Under the pieces are notes generated by a model. That model worked only from the letters and a program-made list of their open reading frames with translations, did no database searches and had not been told where the DNA came from. Positions 50,617 to 59,875 of a stretch of 64,000 nucleotides of DNA are shown here, piece by piece (positions within the stretch are counted from its first letter, which is position 1; every line of letters begins with the position of its first letter). Position numbers and translations under genes: made by a program. This DNA comes from Oceanispirochaeta sp. (lineage in GTDB: Bacteria > Spirochaetota > Spirochaetia > DSM-2461), in assembly GCA_963666275.2 (NCBI GenBank), contig CAXXOA010000002.1, positions 2,208,001-2,272,000 on the forward strand. Direction: 5' to 3'.

Positions 50617-52278
50617 ATGACAGACGCGCAGACAGTTAAAACATTGAATAAAAGCAGGGTTCAGTCCTCTCCCCATTCCCGGAAGATCAAGAATCAGGAA
50701 ATCATAGCCAAAGGGGCTATCTGGTTTCTGGCAGCCCTGACCATAGCCATTCTTGTCTGGATCGTGGGCTATCTGATGGTCAAAGGGCTCAGATACAGCA
50801 ATGACGTTCCCTACGAAGTGACAAACCGGGTCGAGAGATCTCTGCCCCTGGCAGGGACGGAGGAAGAGGTTGTCTTTATCATCAACCATAAGGTCCGTTC
50901 GGAGGATGTCCCTGTTGCGGCTCTGAGAAAGCTCTACAACAAGGTGAGGCCCGAGAACTGGGGATTCTACAATCAGCAGGATCTGAAAGTGGCACCTTTC
51001 GCCTTTGAAAACGGCAGTGTTTCCCGGGCTGTAGAAGATTTCATCCTGACAGGATCGGAACTGGAAAAGTACAGCAAGAATGTAAGCAAAGTTACTTCCT
51101 GGAGCGAAATGATCGATAAAGTCGCAAGCACCCCCGGGGGACTCGGATACATTCCCGCTTCACAAGCGGAAAACCTGACAAAAAAGGTGAAAGTCCTGGG
51201 AGTCAGAAGAACCTCGCTGATTGTAAACCCCCAGGTGGTTCAGATCCGGGACGGTCAGATGATCCGCGATATCAGCCAGCAGGGCCTGAACCATCTTATG
51301 GCCGGAGAGTATGCCAACTGGCAGGAAGTCGGGGGAACGGATCTTCCTGTGACCCTGGTCGCATGGGATTCCGGCCGGATTCCGGGATCACTGGGGAGCC
51401 GCGGTGACAGCCGGGCGGAAATTGTAACCGCCTCAAGCAGAGACGAGTTCTTTCAGCTTATACAGAATACCCCCGGTGCGGCGGCTCTGACCTACCATTC
51501 CGACCTGGAGGCCCTCGGTCTGGAGTACCTTCCTGTTACAAGGCATGAGACGGGATGGAATCTGACCTGGCACTTCATATTTGAAGCTCCTGCCAGATCG
51601 GGCCAGTGGGGAGGTATCTCCTATATTATCATCAACACATTCTTTCTGATCCTCTTCACCATACTGTTTTCCACCCCCGTGGGCATCATGGCTGCGATCT
51701 ATCTTGTGGAGTATTCCCGGCAGGGACGGCTCATGAGGATCCTCCGTATGGGAACGGAAACCCTGGCGGGAATCCCCTCCATCGTATTCGGCCTTTTCGG
51801 TTTTATCTTCTTTGTTCAGATCTGCGGCTTCGGTATCGGCTTTATCTCCAGTACCCTGACCATAACGCTGATGGTGCTTCCCACAATCATCAGAACAACC
51901 GAGGAAGCGCTGAAATCGGTGCCCCAGTCCTTCCGTGAGGGAAGTCTGGCACTGGGAGCCACCAAGCTCCAGACAATCATCAAGGTGGTGCTTCCTGCGG
52001 CTTCTCCGGGAATCCTGACAGGAATCATCCTGGCTGTGGGACGGACAGTCGGTGAAACCGCCGTTCTGATCTATACCCTGGGGTCCAATTACGATCTTGT
52101 TTCGGGGCCTTCCTCTTCCGCAAGGGTTCTGGCCCTTCACCTGTACATGCTTTTTTCAGAGGCAGTTTCCTTTGACCGGACTTTCGCCACAGGAGCGATC
52201 CTGGTGATTATCGTACTGATAACAAACCTGGCAACCACACGGATTATCAAACGTGTGAACAAGAATGCCCTGGGTTGA
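50617..52278 (+). CDS. pstA: Phosphate ABC permease with a large inserted periplasmic region
   Basis: AIYLVEY, LAGIPSIVFGLFG and GRTVGETA motifs; 553 aa with an insert of about 260 aa after TM1. Confidence 0.9.
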   Translation: MTDAQTVKTLNKSRVQSSPHSRKIKNQEIIAKGAIWFLAALTIAILVWIVGYLMVKGLRYSNDVPYEVTNRVERSLPLAGTEEEVVFIINHKVRSEDVPVAALRKLYNKVRPENWGFYNQQDLKVAPFAFENGSVSRAVEDFILTGSELEKYSKNVSKVTSWSEMIDKVASTPGGLGYIPASQAENLTKKVKVLGVRRTSLIVNPQVVQIRDGQMIRDISQQGLNHLMAGEYANWQEVGGTDLPVTLVAWDSGRIPGSLGSRGDSRAEIVTASSRDEFFQLIQNTPGAAALTYHSDLEALGLEYLPVTRHETGWNLTWHFIFEAPARSGQWGGISYIIINTFFLILFTILFSTPVGIMAAIYLVEYSRQGRLMRILRMGTETLAGIPSIVFGLFGFIFFVQICGFGIGFISSTLTITLMVLPTIIRTTEEALKSVPQSFREGSLALGATKLQTIIKVVLPAASPGILTGIILAVGRTVGETAVLIYTLGSNYDLVSGPSSSARVLALHLYMLFSEAVSFDRTFATGAILVIIVLITNLATTRIIKRVNKNALG

Positions 52279-52304
52279 CAAGAGACATTTGAGGAGAAAA
52301 ACAA

Positions 52305-53063
52305 ATGGCAGTAAATAATAAAATTGACGTTAACGGACTGAACCTTTTCTACGGAGATTTCCAGGCCCTTCACGATGTGAATATTGAAATCAAAGAGAAG
52401 GAAGTGACCGCCCTGATCGGACCTTCGGGATGCGGAAAGTCCACCTTTATCAGGACTCTGAACAGAATGAATGATCTCATCGATATTGTGAAAATCGACG
52501 GGACCATCAAATACGACGATAAAAACATCTACAATCAGTGGGATCTTATCGAACTGAGAAAGAAGGTGGGCATGGTTTTTCAGAAGCCCAATCCCTTTCC
52601 CATGTCTATTTTTGACAACATTGCCTACGGTCCCAGAACCCACGGTATTAAGAGCAGGAGTAAACTGAATGATATTGTCGAGACAAGCCTTCAGCAGGCC
52701 TCTCTCTGGGAGGAAGTCAAGGACAGGCTTCATAAACCCGCCCTGGGGCTCTCCGGAGGGCAGCAGCAGAGGCTCTGCATTGCCAGAGTGCTGGCGGTGG
52801 AACCTGATGTGGTTCTGATGGACGAACCCACTTCGGCTCTGGACCCGATCTCCACATCCCGGATTGAGGATTTGATCGATGAGCTGAAGAAAAATTATAC
52901 TATTGTCATAGTCACCCACAATATGCAGCAGGCCGGCCGGATCTCCGATCGAACAGCCTTTTTCCTCCATGGAAAGATAGAAGAGTTCGGAGACACGGAC
53001 CAGATTTTTTTCAACCCCGTAAGCAGCAAAACCGAAGCCTACATATCAGGGAAATTCGGTTAA
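52305..53063 (+). CDS. pstB: Phosphate ABC ATPase
   Basis: [28 protein letters not shown] and VTHNMQQA motifs. Confidence 0.96.
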   Translation: MAVNNKIDVNGLNLFYGDFQALHDVNIEIKEKEVTALIGPSGCGKSTFIRTLNRMNDLIDIVKIDGTIKYDDKNIYNQWDLIELRKKVGMVFQKPNPFPMSIFDNIAYGPRTHGIKSRSKLNDIVETSLQQASLWEEVKDRLHKPALGLSGGQQQRLCIARVLAVEPDVVLMDEPTSALDPISTSRIEDLIDELKKNYTIVIVTHNMQQAGRISDRTAFFLHGKIEEFGDTDQIFFNPVSSKTEAYISGKFG

Positions 53064-53064
53064 T

Positions 53065-53251
53065 ACCTGATAAAATCGGGGGAATGCAAAGCATTAGGGA
53101 CCCGATTATTATTCAGAGGACACCTGATAAAATCGGGGGAATGCGAAGCATTAGGGACCCGATTATTATTCAGAGGACACCTGATAAAATCGGGGGAATG
53201 CAAAGCATTAGGGACCCGATTATTATTCAGAGGACACCTGATAAAACCGGG
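53065..53251. repeat. 57-bp tandem repeat, 3.3 copies, each hairpin-forming
   Basis: Units start at 53065, 53122, 53179 and 53236 (partial). Confidence 0.95.
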
Positions 53252-53286
53252 TTTAAGAAGTAAGAAAAAACAAGGAGAATCCAATT

Positions 53287-53937
53287 ATGATAAGACAGCA
53301 TTTTATAGACGATCTGGCCGACCTGAACAGGGCCATTATGAAGATGGGGCTCAAAGTGGAAGAGGCCATCAATCTCTCCATTGAAGCTCTTAAAAACAGA
53401 GATGTGGACAGCGCTCAGAAAATCATCGATGATGATGATATAATCGACAGGATGGAGAAATCCCTCTGCGACCAGTGTGCTCTTATCATTGCCAGAGAGC
53501 AGCCCGTTGCGGGGGATCTGAGGCATCTGATCAGCGGTATCAAGATTATCACCGATCTGGAGCGGATTGCCGACCATGCGGTTCATATCGCCAAAGGTGT
53601 GATTTCCATGGCGGGAGAGGAGTTTATCAAACCCCTGGTGGATATTCCCCGGATGGCGGAGCTGAGCTGCAGCATGCTTTCCCGGGCCATCAGTGCCTTT
53701 GTGGAACAGGATGCCCGGTCTGCCTCGGAGATTGCCAAAGAGGACAATATGGTGGATCAGCTCCATCACCAGATTATCAGAGAGATACTGACCTATATGC
53801 TTCAGGACTCCAAGAACATAGAGGGCGGTCTGGCTCTGATGTATATGAGCCGGTTTCTGGAAAGAACAGGTGACCATGTGCGCAATATCTGCGAATGGGT
53901 TATCTTTGATGAAACCGGAGAACACGAAAACCTTTAG
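53287..53937 (+). CDS. phoU: Phosphate signalling protein
   Basis: QPVAGDLR, DLERIADHA and LERTGDHVRNICE motifs. Confidence 0.95.
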   Translation: MIRQHFIDDLADLNRAIMKMGLKVEEAINLSIEALKNRDVDSAQKIIDDDDIIDRMEKSLCDQCALIIAREQPVAGDLRHLISGIKIITDLERIADHAVHIAKGVISMAGEEFIKPLVDIPRMAELSCSMLSRAISAFVEQDARSASEIAKEDNMVDQLHHQIIREILTYMLQDSKNIEGGLALMYMSRFLERTGDHVRNICEWVIFDETGEHENL

Positions 53938-53946
53938 GAAACTGAC

Positions 53947-54633
53947 ATGGCGAAATTGCTGATTATTGAAGATGAAGCGGACATAAGGGAACTGATCTCA
54001 TTCAACCTGGAAATGAGCGGTTATGATGTGATTAAATCCAGAGACGGCGAAGAAGGGCTCTCAACGGCCCGGTCGGAAAAACCCGATCTCATCATCCTGG
54101 ATCTCATGCTGCCCGGTATGGACGGACTGAAGGTCTGTTCCCATCTCAAAAAAGACCAGGACACAAAGGACATACCCATTATCATGCTGACCGCCAGGTC
54201 CGAAGATGATGATATTATCAACGGCCTTGAAAAAGGGGCGGACGACTATATCACCAAGCCCTTCAGCCCCAGGATCCTGATTGCCCGGGTCAAGGCGGCC
54301 CTGAGGCGGGTTCAGACCGACAGCAGCGAAAAAAGCAGCAACAGGATTGTGATTCACGATCTTGTGATCGATGTGGCCAGGCATGAAACCCTTGTGGAGG
54401 GGGAACCAGTCAACCTTTCGGCCACAGAGTTTTCCATCCTCCGCTTCCTGGCAGAGAACCCCGGCTGGGTTTTTTCCCGGAATCAGATCATCGATTCGGT
54501 CAAGGGCGAAGACTATCCTGTCACAGCCCGTTCCGTGGATGTGCAGATCCTGGGTATCCGGAAAAAACTGGGGGATGCGGGGAACATCATAGAAACCGTC
54601 AGAGGCATCGGCTACAGGATGAAGGGAGAGTAG
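53947..54633 (+). CDS. phoB: PhoB/PhoP-type response regulator
   Basis: REC plus OmpR wHTH (LDLMLPG, KPFS, ETVRGIGYR); pst context. Confidence 0.85.
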   Translation: MAKLLIIEDEADIRELISFNLEMSGYDVIKSRDGEEGLSTARSEKPDLIILDLMLPGMDGLKVCSHLKKDQDTKDIPIIMLTARSEDDDIINGLEKGADDYITKPFSPRILIARVKAALRRVQTDSSEKSSNRIVIHDLVIDVARHETLVEGEPVNLSATEFSILRFLAENPGWVFSRNQIIDSVKGEDYPVTARSVDVQILGIRKKLGDAGNIIETVRGIGYRMKGE

Positions 54634-54636
54634 GTA

Positions 54637-56403
54637 TTGAACAGGACGTTTTTTCAGCAGCTCTTTACAACGGTCTTCCTGCTGGTTCTCCTTTCGGTCG
54701 TCCTGTATACGGGAATGACCATCGGGATTGTGAAACGGGCCCTGAACAGGGAAACCCTGGAAAGGCAGATGGCCATGACCCATATTGTTGCCAACATGGT
54801 TCCTGCTGATGGATTTACGTCCCTTCCGGCAGCGCAGGAGTTCAGCGACAGCGTGGTAGAGGATACCTTTATCCGTGTCACCCTGATAGAAGGGGAGGGG
54901 ACTGTCATTGCCGATACCTCCAAGGATACCAACCTTCTGAACGATCATTCCGACCGCCCCGAGATACGGCAGGCCCGGTTCGGAGGTGTGGGGAAGGCCA
55001 CAAGATACAGTACCAGCCTTTCCCAGACCATGCTCTATACGGCTGTCTATCTGGAGGATCTGGATCTGGTGGTCCGTCTGGCCCTTTCGGTGGAAAGGGT
55101 CCGCAGCGATCTGGATCGGATCTACACACAGATCCTTGTGATTTTCCTAATCATCATGGGGATCGGTACCGCATCGGCTGTTCTGATGGCCCGCTCCATG
55201 TCCAGCACCCTCAGCTCGGTCCGGCAGGTGGTTTCGGAGTATGCCAAGGGGAATTTCGACTCCGAACTGGATCTCACCGGTTCCCGGGAGGCCGTGGTTC
55301 TCAGCCGTTCGGTCAACTCCATGGGGCGCCAGCTTCAGGATAAAATCAGTACCATTACCTATCAGAAAAACGAGTTGCGGGGCATGCTCAACAGTATGCA
55401 CGAACCGGTCATCCTTCTGAACCACAGGCTGGAGATCAAGGAGATGAACCCTTCGGCGGTCTCTCTTCTCCTCAAGGATCCTGAATACCCCTACATCGGA
55501 AAAGGGATCCTCCAGGTCATCCGGAGCGTGGAAGTCTGTGAGCTGGCGGAAAAAACACTTCAGAAGAAAGAGTCTCAGGAAAGCCTGATCTATTCCAGAG
55601 AGAAGGATATTTTTCTCCAGACCTACGGCAGCTATCTCTACCGGGATGAAGACACTCCTCCCTCGGTTCTGCTAGTGATGAATGATGTGACAAGGATCAA
55701 AAAGATAGAAGAGATGCGGAAAGATTTTGTGGCCAATGTATCCCATGAACTGAGGACTCCCGTCACATCCATCATGGGGTATGTGGAAACCCTGCAGGCG
55801 GGAGCCCTGGACCACAGGGAGAAAGCCCGGGAGTTTATCAATATTATCTTCCGGCAGACCAGAAACCTGACCGCCCTGATAGACGATCTGCTGACCCTTT
55901 CAAGGATAGAAGACGGCCGAAGCCGCTTTAAAATGGCCTCTTTTCCCCTCTGTGATCTCCTTTCCAGCGCTGTTTCCCTGTGCCGGAACAAGGCCATGGA
56001 GAAAGAGAGTACCATAGAGATTCAGTGCAGCGGGGATATCCTCCTGCACGCCCATCCTGTCCTTCTGGAACAGGCTGTCACGAATCTGATTGAAAATGCC
56101 GTCAAGTACTGCCCCGAAGGATCGTCAATTACGGTGAGGGGCCGGATGGAACGGAATATGGCCAGGATAGAAGTTCAGGATAACGGCCCGGGAATACCCG
56201 AAAAAGACCAGGACCGCATTTTCGAGCGCTTCTACAGGGTCGACAAGGCGAGGAGCCGGGATATGGGAGGAACAGGACTGGGCCTTTCCATCGTCAAGCA
56301 TATCAGTATGATCCACGGGGGAAGCGTCAGCGTCTTCAGCCGGGAGGGTCATGGCTGTACCTTTGCCATCACCCTCCCGCTGAACGCGGAAACTGGTTCC
56401 TAA
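54637..56403 (+). CDS. phoR: PhoR-type histidine kinase
   Basis: DHSDRPE, FVANVSHELRTP, FERFYRVDKARSR and GGTGLGL motifs. Confidence 0.9.
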   Translation: MNRTFFQQLFTTVFLLVLLSVVLYTGMTIGIVKRALNRETLERQMAMTHIVANMVPADGFTSLPAAQEFSDSVVEDTFIRVTLIEGEGTVIADTSKDTNLLNDHSDRPEIRQARFGGVGKATRYSTSLSQTMLYTAVYLEDLDLVVRLALSVERVRSDLDRIYTQILVIFLIIMGIGTASAVLMARSMSSTLSSVRQVVSEYAKGNFDSELDLTGSREAVVLSRSVNSMGRQLQDKISTITYQKNELRGMLNSMHEPVILLNHRLEIKEMNPSAVSLLLKDPEYPYIGKGILQVIRSVEVCELAEKTLQKKESQESLIYSREKDIFLQTYGSYLYRDEDTPPSVLLVMNDVTRIKKIEEMRKDFVANVSHELRTPVTSIMGYVETLQAGALDHREKAREFINIIFRQTRNLTALIDDLLTLSRIEDGRSRFKMASFPLCDLLSSAVSLCRNKAMEKESTIEIQCSGDILLHAHPVLLEQAVTNLIENAVKYCPEGSSITVRGRMERNMARIEVQDNGPGIPEKDQDRIFERFYRVDKARSRDMGGTGLGLSIVKHISMIHGGSVSVFSREGHGCTFAITLPLNAETGS

Positions 56404-57434
56404 TCAACCGAAAAGCGGTAGACGCTCCTGTGGCTGTAGATCTGCCCGGGGTTGATGACCGGTGAGGGGAAGTGTGTCTGGTTGGCACAGTCCGGAAAGA
56501 GCTGTGTCTCCAGGCAGAAACCCCAGTTTTTGCTGTACCGGGTCTCTCCCCGTCCTTTTACACCTGTGAGAAAGTTTCCCGTATAGAACTGGACTCCCGG
56601 CTGATCCGTGGACACTTCCAGTTTTCTGCCCGATCCGGGTTCTCTGACCGTGGCGAAGTGTCTCAGCCCTTCGGCCGGTTTCAGCACATAGCAGTGATCA
56701 TACCCGCCGGCCTGTTCAATCCGTTCTCCAATACTGTGCTCAAGGGTAAAATCCATAGGTGAATCTTTGACAGACAGGATCTCTCCTGTGGGGATCTGGT
56801 TTTCATTGACCGGCAGATACCAGGGACAGTCCAGAGTCACAAGATGGTCAAGAACGGGGCCAGAGGAAATCCCGCCCAGATTGAAGTAGCTGTGGTTTGT
56901 CAGGTTCACAGGGGTGGGTTTGTCCGAAACCGCTTTGTAATCAAACTTCAGTTCGTTCCGGTCAGTCACCGTGTAGGTCATGGTCACATTCAGATTTCCA
57001 GGATAGCCCTCTTCTCCGTCGGGACTGAAGGTGGTCAGAACCAGGCCGGCTTCCTTTTCAGACTGAAAGGGAGTTACCATCCAGTTCTTCCTGTCAAAGG
57101 CATGGTCCTCCCCGCCGTGAAGATGGTTGGGGCCGTTATTCTGGGCCAGGGTATACTTTTTACCATCCAGCTGAAACTGACCCGCATTGATGCGGTTTCC
57201 GAAGCGGCCGATGGCGGCGCCGAAGAAAAAGCGGGTATTCACATACTCGTCCAGGGTCTCAAACCCCAAAGTGACCTCTTCGCATTTTCCGTTTCTGTCG
57301 GGAGTCTGAATCGATGTGATGATTCCACCGAAGCTGGATACAGAGACCTTAAACCCCTTTTCTCCCTCAATGGTGTAAAGATCGGCAGTCCCTCCGTTGG
57401 GAAGGGTCCCGAAAACAGTTTTAACAATATTCAT
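56400..57434 (-). CDS. galM: Aldose 1-epimerase
   Basis: GRFGNRI, HLHGG, NLTNHSYFNL, GYDH, QFYTGNFL and CLETQ motifs. Confidence 0.93.
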   Translation of the reverse strand: MNIVKTVFGTLPNGGTADLYTIEGEKGFKVSVSSFGGIITSIQTPDRNGKCEEVTLGFETLDEYVNTRFFFGAAIGRFGNRINAGQFQLDGKKYTLAQNNGPNHLHGGEDHAFDRKNWMVTPFQSEKEAGLVLTTFSPDGEEGYPGNLNVTMTYTVTDRNELKFDYKAVSDKPTPVNLTNHSYFNLGGISSGPVLDHLVTLDCPWYLPVNENQIPTGEILSVKDSPMDFTLEHSIGERIEQAGGYDHCYVLKPAEGLRHFATVREPGSGRKLEVSTDQPGVQFYTGNFLTGVKGRGETRYSKNWGFCLETQLFPDCANQTHFPSPVINPGQIYSHRSVYRFSVD

Positions 57435-57533
57435 CTATGCCTCCTGAAGCTGGTTGGACAAAAAAAAGGGGCTGATCCGGTTTAATGGAACAGTCCCCTT
57501 ATTGTAATGAAGAATTCTGATTTTTTACAAGGA

Positions 57534-58169
57534 TTACTTTGCGCAGGCTGCCAGAGCTTTGTCAGCTGCTGTCGCCGCGTCAGAAGTATAAATATCCGCA
57601 CCGATTGTATCACAGAAAGACTGAGTCACAGGAGCTCCGCCTATCATAATGGTTACATTGTCTCTGATCCCCGCATCGGCAGAGGCTTTAACAACATTTT
57701 CCATCTGAGTCATTGTGGTTGTCAGAAGAGCGGACATGGCAATGATGTCGGCAGAGTTCTCTTTTGCCGCTTCCACGTATTTTTCGGGAGAAACATCAGT
57801 TCCCAAATCAATCACTTCCAGACCTTTTCCTTCCATCATGATTTTCACCAGGTTCTTTCCGATGTCATGAAGGTCTCCCTTGACGGTACCGATGACAACT
57901 TTTCCTTTACCAACGGGAGCGCCTTTTTCCAGTTCCGGTTTCAGAACTTCAAGACCCGCATTCATAGCCCGGGCGGCAATCAGTACTTCCGGTACAAAAA
58001 CCTGATTGTTTTTGAACTTTTCTCCCACAATCCCCATAGCGGAAAGCAGGGCGTCATCCAGGATTGTCTGAGCAGCCATTCCTTCTTCAAGAGCTGCCTG
58101 ACAGAGTTCTTTTACGTCTGCGGCTTTTCCTTTCTGCATAAGTTCGGAAATTTTTTCAAGATCAGCCAT
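57534..58169 (-). CDS. Methyltransferase cognate corrinoid protein (MtaC/MttC-like)
   Basis: FVPEVL cap domain; GDLHDIGKNLV, SALLTTT and IGGAP B12-binding motifs. Confidence 0.93.
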   Translation of the reverse strand: MADLEKISELMQKGKAADVKELCQAALEEGMAAQTILDDALLSAMGIVGEKFKNNQVFVPEVLIAARAMNAGLEVLKPELEKGAPVGKGKVVIGTVKGDLHDIGKNLVKIMMEGKGLEVIDLGTDVSPEKYVEAAKENSADIIAMSALLTTTMTQMENVVKASADAGIRDNVTIMIGGAPVTQSFCDTIGADIYTSDAATAADKALAACAK

Positions 58170-58261
58170 TTTTTAGTCTCCTTAAGATAAATCGTAAATG
58201 AAATTCAAATACATTCGACTTAACCCTCGAAGTGCGAAATGTGATCCACATCAAGTGCGGT

Positions 58262-58408
58262 TCATATCAAGTATCCTGACTCGCAGATCAATCTCCCCTG
58301 AGCCTTCCCGATGGTGCAATCAGTGGCATAATTCAGGTTTGTCCCTGCTCACAGTGACGGGGTCGTGGAGGCATCTCACCTCACTTCCTTGTCTATGAAC
58401 TGATAACA
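58262..58408 (-). ncRNA. Cobalamin riboswitch
   Basis: Minus strand AAGGAAGTGAGGTGAGATGCCTCCACGACCCCGTCACTGT..GCCACTG..GGGAAGG..AGTCAGGATACTTG (B12 box). Ends approximate. Confidence 0.85.
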
Positions 58409-58544
58409 GTATCTCTTTGTTTTCCCTCTACCGTATTGGAAAATTTTTATTTATTATGTAAAAAAATCTCCAATTTGCTAAAAAAAATACAATGGTAAAA
58501 TTGTCATATATTAGCCCCTGACAGAACCCCTGTCAGGTGAGGTT

Positions 58545-59858
58545 TCATTCGTGAATCTCTTCAGAATCCCGGCTGATTTTCCCTCTTTTTTCCCTGTACT
58601 TTCCCGGGGAAAGACCCGAAATCCTTTTGAACACTTTGGTGAAATAACTCTGGTCCTCGTAGCCCACCATGCCGGCAATTTCCACAAGGGAGAATTTGCT
58701 GTTCAGAAGGAGATTCTTGCTTTTGTCTATCCTGACCTGATTGAGATAGCTGTTGAAGTTGCACTTCATCTCTTCCTTGAAGATTTTGCTGAAGTAGGCG
58801 GGGCTCAGATAGACCGCGCCGGCCACTTCATCAAGAGATACCTTTTCAGAGTAGTTTTTGTTTATATACTGGATGGCCTGGAAAATGGCATCCGCATGTT
58901 TCACATCCCTCAGGTCAAAAACCAGATCTGAAAAACGGACGATCACTTTGGCCAGCCATCCCGCCAGTCCCTCTACAGAATTGTAGTGGTTGATCTCTTT
59001 CAGATAGTTGTAATTCATTCCGAATATCTGTTCCGCATCGGCCCCGCCTTCCACGGCGGCCCTGGAAAGGAGTACCAGAAGCTCCAGCACCCTGGCTTTT
59101 ACCACATCGAAGTTTCCTCCGGAAGAGAAAAAGATGACCCCCAGGACTTCATTGAGTATGCGCCGGGCATTGCCGGAATCGCCTATCTGTATCAGATGAA
59201 GAAGTTCTTTTTCCTTGTCGATGGGATACTGGGATATCTCCATATCCCCGTGTTCCATCCTCTTGATATACTGGATATATTCAGAAATCTGAGCCTGCTG
59301 GTCCATGGTATCCTTTTTGGAAAGCAATTCCGACACTTTGCCTTCTGTCAGATACGTGGCCGAAATGAGCAGCATTTCCGAAAGGGCCTTGGCTTTTTCA
59401 GTGGTCAGGACGGGAATTTCATTCAATTCCTTCAGAAATATTTCCTTATCGGGCATTCTCTCCTGATACTTGGCCTGCATTTCGCTGATCAGCTCTTCCG
59501 GTTCTATAAGAAGAGCCGGTCCTGCAACAAGAGCTCCGGCCATAAGGCCTTCCTCCATAATGGGGGAGGACCAGTGAAGAAGGGAGACCGGGCAGAAATA
59601 CATATAACTGCCTCCGAACCTTTCAGACTGGTATCCGCCGTAAAGATGGGACTGCCGGCAGTTGAGTTTTACACCTTTGATGCTGGTCATGATGCGGCAG
59701 AAACCGCAGGACGATTCCGCAGAGCCGTCCTCTGTTATTTTATTGCCCTTGTTGTTGATGACAAAACAGTCAATTCCCGTGGCCTGTTTGTAAGTCCTGG
59801 CTATGTCTATCGCCCTGGAGAACAGGGGGGAAACGTAATCTTTTGCTTTGGTGCTCAT
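58545..59858 (-). CDS. AraC-family regulator with N-terminal PocR sensor domain
   Basis: C..C..CRQSH..YFCPVSL PocR Cys pattern; LSPAYFSKIFK and GYEDQSYFTKVFK motifs. Confidence 0.88.
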   Translation of the reverse strand: MSTKAKDYVSPLFSRAIDIARTYKQATGIDCFVINNKGNKITEDGSAESSCGFCRIMTSIKGVKLNCRQSHLYGGYQSERFGGSYMYFCPVSLLHWSSPIMEEGLMAGALVAGPALLIEPEELISEMQAKYQERMPDKEIFLKELNEIPVLTTEKAKALSEMLLISATYLTEGKVSELLSKKDTMDQQAQISEYIQYIKRMEHGDMEISQYPIDKEKELLHLIQIGDSGNARRILNEVLGVIFFSSGGNFDVVKARVLELLVLLSRAAVEGGADAEQIFGMNYNYLKEINHYNSVEGLAGWLAKVIVRFSDLVFDLRDVKHADAIFQAIQYINKNYSEKVSLDEVAGAVYLSPAYFSKIFKEEMKCNFNSYLNQVRIDKSKNLLLNSKFSLVEIAGMVGYEDQSYFTKVFKRISGLSPGKYREKRGKISRDSEEIHE

Positions 59859-59875
59859 ACTGGTATCTTAGTACA

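Noticed and set aside
53065..53251. CRISPR array
   Set aside because: Units are contiguous and near-identical, with no unique spacers and no cas genes in the window.
53060..53284. 74-aa minus-strand repeat ORF
   Set aside because: Open only because the 57-bp unit is a multiple of three; antisense to the operon.
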